Shown here: positions 54,060 through 63,481 of the stretch, piece by piece | How the letters are laid out: each line of letters opens with the position of its first letter | How positions within the stretch are numbered: the first letter of the stretch is position 1 | Source of the DNA: an uncultured Fidelibacterota bacterium | GTDB taxonomy: Bacteria; Fidelibacterota; Marinisomatia; Marinisomatales; Marinisomataceae | NCBI GenBank assembly: GCA_902525615.1 | Contig: CABZHT010000001.1 | Span: 349,282 to 413,281 of the forward strand | Length of the DNA stretch: 64,000 nt | Direction of reading: 5' to 3' | Made by a program: the position numbers and the translations under genes | Notes under the pieces: model-generated | What the model was told of the DNA's origin: nothing | Seen by the model: only the letters and a program-made list of their open reading frames with translations | Databases searched by the model: none

Positions 54060-54523
54060 TAACTAAAAATATAGTCTTTGATAGGTTCCAGTAAAACAAG
54101 AATCTTAGACTGTTCAAATAAAATTTCGTATAGCCGTAATGAAATGAATTTTTCAAAAATGCCTGTAAATAGTACTAAACTTAATGCGCCTTTAAATATG
54201 CCCAACATAAAGCCTAAAATCATATTTAGTGTTTTGTATGATGAAATGCTTCCATCAAATAAAAATAATAGTAAGCTCGTTAAAAGCCGTAATATTATAA
54301 GTGATATTATAAAGATTACGCCAATAGAGAAGAATATGATAATAGTTGGATTAATTGAAACATATTTAGAGATTAAGAATGATAAATCTACATAAAAAAA
54401 CAACGCAATTGATATTCCTACCACAAGATTTAAAAAGTCTGTAAGTGATTCAATAAATCCTTTTCTCATTCCAAAAACACCCATGATGAGAAATATCATT
54501 AAAAAAAGGATATCAATAATCAT
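54059..54523 (-). CDS. cvpA: CvpA-family membrane protein
   Basis: 154 aa with four hydrophobic helices and a MIIDILFLMIFLIMGVFGMRKGFI N-terminus typical of CvpA. Confidence 0.7.
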   Translation of the reverse strand: MIIDILFLMIFLIMGVFGMRKGFIESLTDFLNLVVGISIALFFYVDLSFLISKYVSINPTIIIFFSIGVIFIISLIILRLLTSLLLFLFDGSISSYKTLNMILGFMLGIFKGALSLVLFTGIFEKFISLRLYEILFEQSKILVLLEPIKDYIFS

Positions 54524-54525
54524 AT

Positions 54526-54963
54526 TTAAGAAAGTAATTCTTTGACAATAGATTGGGCTACATTTCCGTCTACTTTGCCTGCGCCCTTTTTCATCACTTG
54601 AGGCATTACCTTACCAAAATCTGACATTTGTGAAGCCCCAACTTCTGAAATAATATTTTCTACTAAACTTCTAACCTTTTCTTCACTCATCATTGATGGT
54701 AAGTATGATTCTACAAATTGTAATTCATTCATTTCAGCTTCAACTAAATCATCTCTATTGCCTTCTTTGTACATTCTAATAGATTCTTTATGTTGTTTTG
54801 CTGCCGTTTGAAGCACTTTTATAACCTCAGTGTTAGATAATTCATGTCCAACCTCAATAGCTTTATTTTTGCACTTAGATATTAAAAGCCTCAACGCTCC
54901 TGCTTTTTCTTTATTCTTATTTTTGAGTGCCTTCATCATATCTTTTTCAATCTGTTTTAGCAT
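54526..54963 (-). CDS. yqeY: GatB/YqeY-domain protein
   Basis: MLKQIEKDMMKALKNKNKEKAGALRLL ... KQHKESIRMYKEGNRDDLVEAEMNELQFVESYLP ... GKVMPQVMKK. Length is 145 aa. Confidence 0.85.
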   Translation of the reverse strand: MLKQIEKDMMKALKNKNKEKAGALRLLISKCKNKAIEVGHELSNTEVIKVLQTAAKQHKESIRMYKEGNRDDLVEAEMNELQFVESYLPSMMSEEKVRSLVENIISEVGASQMSDFGKVMPQVMKKGAGKVDGNVAQSIVKELLS

Positions 54964-55692
54964 TTATTTTTCTCTTTCATTAATTGTTTTCATAGCAAGA
55001 AGAATTTGGTCTTGATTATTTTCAAAGCCTATAAATCTTCTGCCTCTTTTTTTAGCAACAACACCGACAGCTCCTACATTCATAAACGGATCAAGAATCC
55101 AGTTTAGCTTAAAACTACTTGCCTTAACTATTCTATGTACTATTTCTTCATAATCAAGATGAAACCATAGGTTATCTTTAATTTCTTCTGGTTTAGGGTT
55201 ATTTATGTTTTTCCCATTTACTATATAATTTTGGTTGAAAATATAGTCATTTGTTTTGGTAGCGAACCAAATATCTGATATTTTATTCTTCCACTGAGAT
55301 AGTTCAGTATTTTCTATTTGTCTTTCAGCTGTAATTCTTGATTGTATGATAAAATTTTTTCCAAGCACAGAGTGATAAAGAGACGAAGATTCCCAAGGAC
55401 ATATAATATAAATTGAACCACTAGCTGTTAAAACTCTTTTACATTCTGAAACCCATTCTTCAATCCACTTAATATAAGATGAATAGGGCATACCACTGTT
55501 AGGATCTAATGCTGGCTCAGTGACAATCAAATCAATAGACTCGCTTGGAATTTTTTTCAATCCTACTAATGCGTCTACTTTAAATAATCCCTCTTTAAGC
55601 TTTTCTTGAAAATGAATATCAATCTCTGTCTTTAAAGCAGGTAAATATTTATTTAAATCTTTTACAGTTAAAATATCTTTATTCATTAACAT
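54964..55692 (-). CDS. N4/N6 DNA-methyltransferase-like protein (beta-class layout) with degenerate catalytic and SAM-binding motifs
   Basis: The layout is ESIDLIVTEPALD (in place of DPPY), RVLTASGSIYII, and ILDPFMNVGAVGVVAKKRGRRFIGFENN (in place of DPFxGSGTT...GRxxIGxE). Length is 242 aa. Confidence 0.6.
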   Translation of the reverse strand: MLMNKDILTVKDLNKYLPALKTEIDIHFQEKLKEGLFKVDALVGLKKIPSESIDLIVTEPALDPNSGMPYSSYIKWIEEWVSECKRVLTASGSIYIICPWESSSLYHSVLGKNFIIQSRITAERQIENTELSQWKNKISDIWFATKTNDYIFNQNYIVNGKNINNPKPEEIKDNLWFHLDYEEIVHRIVKASSFKLNWILDPFMNVGAVGVVAKKRGRRFIGFENNQDQILLAMKTINEREK

Positions 55693-55737
55693 AATTTAAT
55701 CTTATAAAGTTAATTTAAAAATTGTAAGTTTTTAAAA

Positions 55738-56622
55738 ATGAACGACTTAAAAAAAATCACAATTGCTGTTAGCTCTCTTCCAAAAAATGGCTGGTGGAAT
55801 AGTGGCATAGTAGCATATCATGATAATGATATGATGAGTAATGGTGCAATACCTAATCAAGAGCTATTAACAAAAGAACATGAAAATTTAATTGACGTAC
55901 TTAATAAACATTCTCTTAAAACAATAATCATTCCCTTTAAATCAGAACTTGAAGCAAGTAAAAAATATGATTTTGTTTTTATGCGTGATCATTTTCTCTG
56001 CAATACGAATAAAGATATTGTAATGTGTAATATGAAGCTTTCTGAAAGAATGGATGAAGGAGAATATGTTATATCTACTTTAAATGACTTACAATACAGG
56101 GTTTCATTTCTAGATGAAGATTGTATAGCTGAGGGCGGGGAATTCTTCTATCTTCCAAATGAAAATATATTATTGGCTGGTCAATGTAGAAACAACCTTA
56201 GAGGCGCAGAGCAAATGGCAGAAAAACTTAATGTGTCTAATCTTCATATTATAAATTCAAGAGTTTATCATTTAGATACTTCAATTTCTCCTATTTTTAA
56301 TAATGAATATGATTGCATAGGACTAATATGTGCTCGTGAAGTATTCAGTAATAATGAAATAAATGATTTAAGGAGTATTTGTGCATCTAATCAATGGGAG
56401 TTAATAGAGATTGAACATCAAGATATTAATTCATCATTAAGTTTTAGAACTGCAATGAACGGTCTTACATTACCAGGGCTCTTCATTGGAAGCAAAAAAT
56501 TGAATCAAAAACCAATATCAGATTTTGCATTATCAAATAACATAACTTTTGATTCTACTAATGTATCTCAGTTTAATTTAAGTGGTGGTTCTGTTCATTG
56601 TCTTACAAATGAGCTTTTTTAA
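55738..56622 (+). CDS. Guanidino-group-modifying enzyme superfamily protein (DDAH / amidinotransferase / arginine-deiminase-like)
   Basis: FVFMRDHF, AEGGEFFYL, YHLDTS and a C-terminal SGGSVHCLTNELF (catalytic Cys). Length is 294 aa. Confidence 0.72.
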   Translation: MNDLKKITIAVSSLPKNGWWNSGIVAYHDNDMMSNGAIPNQELLTKEHENLIDVLNKHSLKTIIIPFKSELEASKKYDFVFMRDHFLCNTNKDIVMCNMKLSERMDEGEYVISTLNDLQYRVSFLDEDCIAEGGEFFYLPNENILLAGQCRNNLRGAEQMAEKLNVSNLHIINSRVYHLDTSISPIFNNEYDCIGLICAREVFSNNEINDLRSICASNQWELIEIEHQDINSSLSFRTAMNGLTLPGLFIGSKKLNQKPISDFALSNNITFDSTNVSQFNLSGGSVHCLTNELF

Positions 56623-57203
56623 TTAGGAAAATCGTCACCAAGTGACTCCCAAAGATACAAAGTTGCAATAGTTTTGTATGGCGACCACTGATTAGCTATT
56701 TCTTTAATTTTATCGTGACAATCAACTTGATATTCTTTTTTAATCACATTGATTAATGCTAAATCTCCTTCTGGAAAAATATCGAGATTATTTTTTGAGA
56801 AAATTAAAAACATATCAATTGTCCAGTTGCCAACTCCTTTAATTTGAATAAGTTGTTTGTAGATTTTTTTTACATCGTTCACATGTTTTAGATCATATAT
56901 TTCATTTTTTAATTTAAAAATGTTCTCAATGTAATTTTTTTTCTGGTTTGATAATCCAATGTGTTTCCATTCTTGTTCATTCCAAGCTGAGATGTTGTTT
57001 TTTTTTGCATTATAATAATCTAGAAAACGATTATAAATGCTATTCCCAGCTTTTGTAGATATTTGTTGAAAGATAATATACTTATATAAATCTAATACAT
57101 AGTCTTTGGACTTCGATATTTTCGGAATTGTGTTATTTTCAATTATACTTTTTAATGTATTATCTACTTTTGATAAATAATCTATATGTTTTTGATTAAT
57201 CAT
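56619..57203 (-). CDS. HhH-GPD DNA glycosylase (DNA-3-methyladenine glycosylase II / AlkA-like)
   Basis: IKGVGNWTIDMFLIF (HhH) and DIFPEGDLAL (catalytic Asp region). The start is placed at ATG 57203 (MINQKHI, a TAATG overlap with the upstream stop). ATG 57227 is the alternative. Confidence 0.75.
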   Translation of the reverse strand: MINQKHIDYLSKVDNTLKSIIENNTIPKISKSKDYVLDLYKYIIFQQISTKAGNSIYNRFLDYYNAKKNNISAWNEQEWKHIGLSNQKKNYIENIFKLKNEIYDLKHVNDVKKIYKQLIQIKGVGNWTIDMFLIFSKNNLDIFPEGDLALINVIKKEYQVDCHDKIKEIANQWSPYKTIATLYLWESLGDDFPN

Positions 57204-58168
57204 TATTGGCTTTGAAAAAACTGCCATATTAATTCTGAGGTATTAATGTCGTGTCCCCATGATTTTTTCCACCAAGTATGACCTTCCCCCTCTAAAGAAT
57301 AAAGTTCAACACTTTTATTTTCTTCGCAGTCGTATGATATTAAGCGCGTAGTATGCTCGCCATCACCATTAAAGTCTGGTATGGTTATCTCATTTTGTGA
57401 ATTGCATTGATTATGATTTTTCCAAAAATCATGTGCTGCTTTTGCAGAATAACTCCATTCAACACCATTATATGGAACAACAGCATCATTCATTCCATGA
57501 AAATGGATAATGCTTGATTTTTTAGGAGGGTTACATTGATAATATCTTGCCATTGACCCCGTCACAGATCCAATACTATTAATTTCTTCTAGCTCACAAG
57601 CTAATCTATAACTCATAAAACCGCCTAGCGACATTCCAGAAGAAAAAATCTTGTTACTATCAATATTATAACTGGCTTTAAAATATTTAATTAGTGCTTT
57701 AAAAAATCCTACATCATCTACACCAAGGAAACTCGCTACAAGATTGACATTCCATCCTGTATTGCCAAACTGATCTGTAGTCCCTTGAACATAAACAACT
57801 ATGAATCTTTCTTCATCTGCAATTTGATCAAATCCTGAATACTCTCTGATTGATGGTGCCCTACCTGTATATCCATGTAAAACAAATAATAATGGCAGCG
57901 ATTCGGTTTGATAATCAAAATTTGGAGGTGTATGTACAATGAAGTTCCTCATAAAACTACCATATGGAGTTGCAAACGAAGCTGTTTGATTATTATAGGT
58001 AGAAATTAATTCTACAGTTAATTCAGGAATCGTTTGGTTGCTTCCCCCTGTGAAATCTCCACCACCTTCATTCCCACTATTATCACTTAAAATATCTTCA
58101 GAACTAACATCAGAAGAACAATGGAAAATAAATAAGGTGTTAAAAAATATTTTGAAAAATTTATTCAT
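57203..58168 (-). CDS. Secreted alpha/beta esterase (LpqC / PHB-depolymerase / CE1-like)
   Basis: Signal/lipoprotein-like N-terminus (LFIFHCSS), LLFVLHGYTG and SSGMSLGGFMS (GxSxG). Length is 321 aa. Confidence 0.7.
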   Translation of the reverse strand: MNKFFKIFFNTLFIFHCSSDVSSEDILSDNSGNEGGGDFTGGSNQTIPELTVELISTYNNQTASFATPYGSFMRNFIVHTPPNFDYQTESLPLLFVLHGYTGRAPSIREYSGFDQIADEERFIVVYVQGTTDQFGNTGWNVNLVASFLGVDDVGFFKALIKYFKASYNIDSNKIFSSGMSLGGFMSYRLACELEEINSIGSVTGSMARYYQCNPPKKSSIIHFHGMNDAVVPYNGVEWSYSAKAAHDFWKNHNQCNSQNEITIPDFNGDGEHTTRLISYDCEENKSVELYSLEGEGHTWWKKSWGHDINTSELIWQFFQSQ

Positions 58169-58749
58169 ATTATTTTCGTTATAATTTGGTCTATTTTGCT
58201 AAATAGCTCCAACTCTGATGAATTATTTTCTACAACATAGTCAGAATATTTACTTTTTTCATCATCATTCATTTGTAAGCGCATTCTATCTTTTATCGTT
58301 TCTTCCTCTAAATTATCTCTATGAATTGCTCGCTTTAATCTTATTTGCTCATCTGCTATAACTAAAATGAGTTTGGCACCGCTCTTTTGGTGTTGTTCAA
58401 ATATTCCTGATTCAATAATTAATGCAGCATCTATAACAAAAATATTATGCAAATCTTTTTTTTCATTAATTCTTTCTAATATTAAATCACTTATCATAGG
58501 ATGAATAATATTATTAATTTTTGACTGCGATTCTGAGTTTTTAAATACTTCTTGAGCAATAGATGTGGCTGAGAAGTCTTCAAGATTTGGGAACGCTTGA
58601 AGAATTTTATCTTTTACAAAAGATGATTGTAGTAGTGCTTTTGCTTCTTTGTCTGCATCAAAAATATATGCGTCATGCTTAACTTCTAAATATAAAGAAA
58701 CTGTGCTTTTACCTGATGCTATTCCACCAGTAATTCCAATTATCTTCAT
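58165..58749 (-). CDS. coaE: Dephospho-CoA kinase
   Basis: IIGITGGIASGKSTVS and IHPMI. Length is 194 aa. Confidence 0.88.
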   Translation of the reverse strand: MKIIGITGGIASGKSTVSLYLEVKHDAYIFDADKEAKALLQSSFVKDKILQAFPNLEDFSATSIAQEVFKNSESQSKINNIIHPMISDLILERINEKKDLHNIFVIDAALIIESGIFEQHQKSGAKLILVIADEQIRLKRAIHRDNLEEETIKDRMRLQMNDDEKSKYSDYVVENNSSELELFSKIDQIITKII

Positions 58750-59300
58750 TACGGAATATGTTTTAAAATTCTTGCTGTAACCTCATCAATTGATCCATCG
58801 CCATTAATATGAATGATGTTACTTTGATAAAATTCAATTAAAGGTGCTGTGAGTTCTAAATAAACATTTTGTCGGTTTACAATTACCTCTTCTGTGTCAT
58901 CAGCTCTTCCTGATTTTTTTGCTCTTTCAACTAATCTTGTGATTAAAACATTCTTATCAACTTCGATGTTTATAATACTATCAATTGCTTGATTTAAAGA
59001 TTGAAAAATTTTTGATAACCCTATTGCTTGAGGAATTGTTCTAGGGAAACCATCAAGTATGATTCCTGAATCTTTTAATTCAGTTAAAGTTGATTGCATC
59101 ATTTCCAACAAGACCTCATCTGGAACAAGATTTCCAGCGTTCATATAAGTTTGAGCTTTAAGTCCTACTTTGGAGGATTTATCAATCTCTTTTCTAAGGA
59201 TATCTCCTGTTGATAGATGAACAAGGTTAAATTTCTTTGCTAAAATTTTGGCTTGGGTTCCTTTTCCTGCCCCTGGAGGTCCCATAATTAACAACTTCAT
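58749..59300 (-). CDS. adk: Adenylate kinase (short-lid form)
   Basis: LLIMGPPGAGKGTQAKILAKKF, STGDILR and ILDGFPRT. Length is 183 aa, with no Cys4 lid. Confidence 0.93.
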   Translation of the reverse strand: MKLLIMGPPGAGKGTQAKILAKKFNLVHLSTGDILRKEIDKSSKVGLKAQTYMNAGNLVPDEVLLEMMQSTLTELKDSGIILDGFPRTIPQAIGLSKIFQSLNQAIDSIINIEVDKNVLITRLVERAKKSGRADDTEEVIVNRQNVYLELTAPLIEFYQSNIIHINGDGSIDEVTARILKHIP

Positions 59301-59819
59301 TTAAATACCCTGTGATTTAGGTGGATCAAAAATTGCTTGCATAACGATTGCTAATTTGGTTGGCTTATTTTTTAACTTTTGTTGTAATTTTAATAATCTT
59401 TGTTCAGAGTGACTGTCCACCTGCTTTGTGGTGATGCGTGATTTTAAATGACTTAAATGTTTATCTTTTATATTATAAAAACTCTTCGAATTCTGCTTAT
59501 AATTATCTTTATTTAAATCATCTACTTCAGCATCGGTAGTTTGAACTGATTGTTTTAACTGCCTTGAAATAGGTGAATCATCCTTTAATGGTTCGACAAA
59601 ATTTGAAGTTAAACTATCATCTAATTCTATTGCAGATTTCTCCATCGATTCGTCTAAAAATTCGAAAATATTAAAATCTGTTTTTGAAGTTTTACTTTGT
59701 GTTTGAGGCAATGGGTCTGGAACTTGGACTTGTTCACCTTCTACCTTTTTCTGCCTACTTCTGTAGGCAGAAAATAGATAAAATAGGAAAATTATTCCCC
59801 AATATATTAACTCTTCCAA
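59301..59819 (-). CDS. Hypothetical N-terminally membrane-anchored, low-complexity protein
   Basis: 172 aa. It has one TM helix (LIYWGIIFLFYLFSAY) followed by a D/E/K/Q/S-rich sequence. It lies immediately downstream of floA. Confidence 0.5.
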   Translation of the reverse strand: MEELIYWGIIFLFYLFSAYRSRQKKVEGEQVQVPDPLPQTQSKTSKTDFNIFEFLDESMEKSAIELDDSLTSNFVEPLKDDSPISRQLKQSVQTTDAEVDDLNKDNYKQNSKSFYNIKDKHLSHLKSRITTKQVDSHSEQRLLKLQQKLKNKPTKLAIVMQAIFDPPKSQGI

Positions 59820-59821
59820 AG

Positions 59822-60793
59822 TTAATCCTTAGATTCTTCTTTGTTGTCATCTGTTACACCAGCTATTGATTGTCTCATGCTAGTATCAGATGCAATATTG
59901 TCTAGCTTATAATAGTCTAGCACACCAAGATTTCCTTTTTTGAAGGCTTCAGCCATAGCTAAAGGAACTTCAGATTCTGCTTCAACAACCTTAGCTTTCA
60001 TTTCTTGCTCTAATGCAACAGCCATAGCTCTTCTAGTTTCCGCTTTAGCTTGAGCAACTCTAAGATCTGCTTCTGCTTGGTCAGCTTGTAATTGAGCACC
60101 AATGTTTTTACCAACATCTATATCGGCAATATCAATAGAAAGAATCTCAAAAGCTGTACCTTTGTTTAGTCCTTTTTCAAGTACCGTTCTTGATATTGAA
60201 TCAGGATTTTCTAAAACAGCTTCGTATGTTTCTCTTGAACCAATAGCGCTTACAATGCCTTCACCAACTCTTGCAATTATGGTATCTTCAGTTGCACCTC
60301 CTACAAGGTTTGGTATATCGGTTCTCACTGTAACTCTAGCTCTTGCTCGCACCTCAATACCATCCTTCGCAACTGCAGATAATTTCCCATCGACCGGTGC
60401 ATCAATAACTTTTGGATATACGCTTGTTTGAACTGCTGACAATACATCTCTACCTGCTAGATCAATTGCTGTTGCTATTGAATAAGTCAACTCAATTCCT
60501 GCTTTTGAAGCGGCAATTAACGCAGCAACAACTTTATCAACGTTACCACCAGCCATAAAATGCACCTCAAGATCACTGGTTGATATATTATCAAGACCTG
60601 CTTTTCTTGCAGCGATCAAGCCATTTACAATGACTCCTGGCGGTACACGTCTAAACCTCATACCAACAAGACCTAGAATGGTTACACTTCCTCCTCCAAT
60701 ACTAAAAATAGCTTGTAACCACAAACCAACTGGTACAATCCATAATAGTAATAAAATAAATAGTACTAACGGTATGGCAACATATACTCCCAT
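59822..60793 (-). CDS. floA: Flotillin-like protein FloA (UPF0365/YqfA family)
   Basis: [32 protein letters not shown], the characteristic FloA N-terminus, followed by an Ala/Glu-rich coiled coil ([17 protein letters not shown]). Confidence 0.88.
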   Translation of the reverse strand: MGVYVAIPLVLFILLLLWIVPVGLWLQAIFSIGGGSVTILGLVGMRFRRVPPGVIVNGLIAARKAGLDNISTSDLEVHFMAGGNVDKVVAALIAASKAGIELTYSIATAIDLAGRDVLSAVQTSVYPKVIDAPVDGKLSAVAKDGIEVRARARVTVRTDIPNLVGGATEDTIIARVGEGIVSAIGSRETYEAVLENPDSISRTVLEKGLNKGTAFEILSIDIADIDVGKNIGAQLQADQAEADLRVAQAKAETRRAMAVALEQEMKAKVVEAESEVPLAMAEAFKKGNLGVLDYYKLDNIASDTSMRQSIAGVTDDNKEESKD

Positions 60794-60853
60794 TACTCCT
60801 CCTTCATGTGTTTTATAGATAAATTTAAGTCTTTAGTAATTAGCATATTACAA

Positions 60854-62059
60854 CTACTCAACTTTACTTCTGTTTTTAAAATTCTTTTTTAAGGTTGTTT
60901 TATTAGAATCACTGCTCACTAATTTTTGAAAAAATGCAGATTTACCAATTAATCTTAAAATAAAAATAATACCAAAAATTCCAACAACAATTGCCCATGA
61001 AAATCCATCTAATGCTTCAGAATAAATTTCAGGACTTACGGGTACATCGGGTATTAATAATAAGTATAGCCCGTAAAACAAAACAATAATACCTGTGATG
61101 CCAAATACTCCAAATCCAGGAATTGCAATAGCTTCAACAAACAATAAAACAAGGCCTAATAAAATTATCAGAATATCTGTTGAAGATGCTAATTGAGTGA
61201 AATATCCTGCACCCAGCGCAAGTGTTAAACAAATAATACCAATAGTACCGCCTATACCCCATCCAGCACTGTACAATTCAGAGATTACTCCGATAGTACC
61301 AAAAGTAGTTAACAATGATGACACTGTAGGATTGGTTAATATTCTAACAACATTTTCAGACCAATTTTCACCCACAGTTATAATTTCATAATCATCTATT
61401 TGTAATGATGAAAGTACTTCTTCAATGCTCTCACCTTTACCATCAGCAATGCCATATTTCATTGCTAGCTCAGTAGTCAATGTAATTAGCTTCCCTTCTT
61501 TCCTTCCTTCAATATCATCTACCTGAAGAGTATCTCCTTCTACAACTAAATATTCAAAACTTAATTCTTCATCTACCATTCCACGTGCAATATCAGGATT
61601 TTTACCTGATTTTTCTGCAGTTGCAGCCATCTCTTCTCTCATATAACTTTGAGATTTTTCAGACTGCTTAGATCCCGACATATCAACAACGCTTGTGGCA
61701 CCAATCGTGGCTCCCCCAGTCATATAAATTTGATCGCAAGAAAGAGATATTAAGGATCCAGCAGAAATAGCTCTTCGATTAATAAAAGCGATAGTTTCAA
61801 TTTCCGTAGATGATATAGCATCTTTTATTTGTGTAGCAGCGTCAACACGCCCACCAAAAGTATCGATATCAAAAATAATTAATGAAGCATTATCTGTCTC
61901 AGCTAAATTGATTGCACGGGTAACCAAGCCTGGTATACCAAGATCAATTACATCTTGAATAGGTACAACATATACTTTCTTACTTGTTTGTTCTGCAAAA
62001 ATAAATGCAGAAAATAAAAAAGTAATGCCGATTAATATGTTCTTAAATTTTGTTTTCAT
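60854..62059 (-). CDS. nfeD: NfeD-family membrane-bound ClpP-class serine protease
   Basis: It has a signal peptide, a ClpP-like domain (FDIDTFGGRVDAA ... AISAGSLISLSC), a block of TM helices and a C-terminal region. It sits upstream of floA, as in the yqeZ-yqfA pairing. Confidence 0.8.
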   Translation of the reverse strand: MKTKFKNILIGITFLFSAFIFAEQTSKKVYVVPIQDVIDLGIPGLVTRAINLAETDNASLIIFDIDTFGGRVDAATQIKDAISSTEIETIAFINRRAISAGSLISLSCDQIYMTGGATIGATSVVDMSGSKQSEKSQSYMREEMAATAEKSGKNPDIARGMVDEELSFEYLVVEGDTLQVDDIEGRKEGKLITLTTELAMKYGIADGKGESIEEVLSSLQIDDYEIITVGENWSENVVRILTNPTVSSLLTTFGTIGVISELYSAGWGIGGTIGIICLTLALGAGYFTQLASSTDILIILLGLVLLFVEAIAIPGFGVFGITGIIVLFYGLYLLLIPDVPVSPEIYSEALDGFSWAIVVGIFGIIFILRLIGKSAFFQKLVSSDSNKTTLKKNFKNRSKVE

Positions 62060-62087
62060 TGCTAATTCAAAGATTTACATTACGGAG

Positions 62088-62918
62088 ATGTATTTTTTTT
62101 TAAAAGTGTTTTCTTTGTACTTAAGAAATGCTCCAGCATTTGCTTATGAAATTACCTATAAAATAATTTATAGTCTACTATTCCATGTGCTAAAAATGAG
62201 ACAAAAAACAGTATTAATTAATCTTCGATGGGCTTTCCCAGATAAAAATGAAGAGTGGTACAAAAATACAATGAAGCAGTGCTATAAATTTTTTACAAAA
62301 GAATTTTTAGATTTTATATCATTTCCAAAAAATTATAGCCCAAGTAAAGTAAAATTTAACAATCTAGAGGTTTTATCCTCAGCACATGCAATGAAAAAAG
62401 GAATTATACTTGTAGGATCTCATTATGGTTCTTTTGATAAACTATTTTATGCACTAAGTCAGGAAGAGTACAATTTAACTGGCGTTGCTTATAAACAGAA
62501 TAACAGTGGTGCCGATATTTTTTTCAAACAAATAAGAGAAAATTTTGTGGAAGACCAGTTTTACAAAGGTAGTAATGTAAAGCAGCTAAGAAATTCGTTA
62601 GTTAAAAATAATATTTTAATTTTATTAAGTGATCAAGATGCTAAGAAAAAAGGGGTTAAAGCTAAATTTTTTGGAATTGACTCATCAACACACTCCGGGG
62701 CTGCTATACTAAGCAAAAGAAATAAGAGTCCTATTGTCTATGCAAGCATTACATGTAAAAACAATATTTATGAAGTGGAGTTTGTAAAAATCAATACTTC
62801 AGGTAGTATCAATGATATTGTACAACATTATACATCAGAAATTGAAAAGACAATTATCAATAATCCAGAGCAATATTTTTGGTTTCATAAAAGATGGAAG
62901 TCAGTCAGGGCATACTAA
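62088..62918 (+). CDS. Lipid A biosynthesis (Kdo)2-lipid IVA acyltransferase-family protein (LpxL/HtrB-like)
   Basis: MRQKTVLINLRWAFPDKNEEW (NL..aFP motif), VGSHYGSFD (HxxxxD acyltransferase motif) and PEQYFWFHKRWK. The start is set at ATG 62088 to avoid overlapping the nfeD start. Confidence 0.78.
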   Translation: MYFFLKVFSLYLRNAPAFAYEITYKIIYSLLFHVLKMRQKTVLINLRWAFPDKNEEWYKNTMKQCYKFFTKEFLDFISFPKNYSPSKVKFNNLEVLSSAHAMKKGIILVGSHYGSFDKLFYALSQEEYNLTGVAYKQNNSGADIFFKQIRENFVEDQFYKGSNVKQLRNSLVKNNILILLSDQDAKKKGVKAKFFGIDSSTHSGAAILSKRNKSPIVYASITCKNNIYEVEFVKINTSGSINDIVQHYTSEIEKTIINNPEQYFWFHKRWKSVRAY

Positions 62919-63481
62919 TGAAGAGGGTTAAAATAAATCATCCTGATGCAAAAGAAATATTCATCAATGCAATACATGATAATCAAGTTATTGCTTATCC
63001 AACGGATACCATATATGGTTTAGGTACTGCAATAAATAATGATGAAGGAATTAAAAGAATAAATCTGATGAAAATGCGAGAACAGCCAATGAGTATTGCA
63101 TTGGGAAGCTTTAGTGTTATTAAAAATCACATTATAGCCGATGAAAATGTAATGTTTGAAATAAAAGAAATTCTCAAGGATGGTAGTACCTGCATTGCGC
63201 CATATATTCCTGGATCATTAAATGATAAAATTGCTAAAGATGGTAAAATAGGCTTTAGAATTCCTAATCATGAATATCTAAAAATTGTATTAAATGAATA
63301 TCAGCAACCTATTATAACCACCAGTATTAATAAAACAGGATCTGAACCATTATATATGCCAGATGAAATTGAAGAACAGTTTGGTGATAAAATTGATTTA
63401 TTGATTGATGGTGGAATAATCAAAAATAGTCCTTCGAAAATTTTTATATTTGAAAAGAACAAAGTAAGACGGATACGTTAA
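62918..63481 (+). CDS. tsaC: L-threonylcarbamoyladenylate synthase (TsaC/YrdC family)
   Basis: VIAYPTDTIYGLG, RIPNHE and PIITTSINKTG. The start is at ATG 62918, in a TAATG overlap. Confidence 0.85.
   Translation: MKRVKINHPDAKEIFINAIHDNQVIAYPTDTIYGLGTAINNDEGIKRINLMKMREQPMSIALGSFSVIKNHIIADENVMFEIKEILKDGSTCIAPYIPGSLNDKIAKDGKIGFRIPNHEYLKIVLNEYQQPIITTSINKTGSEPLYMPDEIEEQFGDKIDLLIDGGIIKNSPSKIFIFEKNKVRRIR

Noticed and set aside
54078-54395. 105-aa + strand ORF antisense to cvpA, plus similar antisense ORFs at 12306..12497, 14505..14711, 15780..15989, 16912..17097, 22243..22461, 24974..25276, 27857..28438, 32867..33130, 36348..36575, 37283..37474, 39384..39566, 43327..43518, 44333..44770, 51860..52078, 52741..53157, 54830..55015, 59684..59869 and 61197..61391
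   Set aside because: Each is nested in a longer gene with recognisable motifs on the other strand or in another frame. None has a start context or a motif of its own.
54964-55692. Restriction-modification system
   Set aside because: The MTase-like gene has degenerate catalytic motifs. Its neighbours are yqeY, cvpA and dnaG on one side and a DDAH-like enzyme on the other. There is no endonuclease or specificity subunit.
60102-60818. 109-aa and 62-aa + strand ORFs antisense to floA
   Set aside because: floA is GC-richer and Ala-rich, so its antisense frame stays open by chance (a Ser/Pro/Thr-rich translation). There is no independent support.
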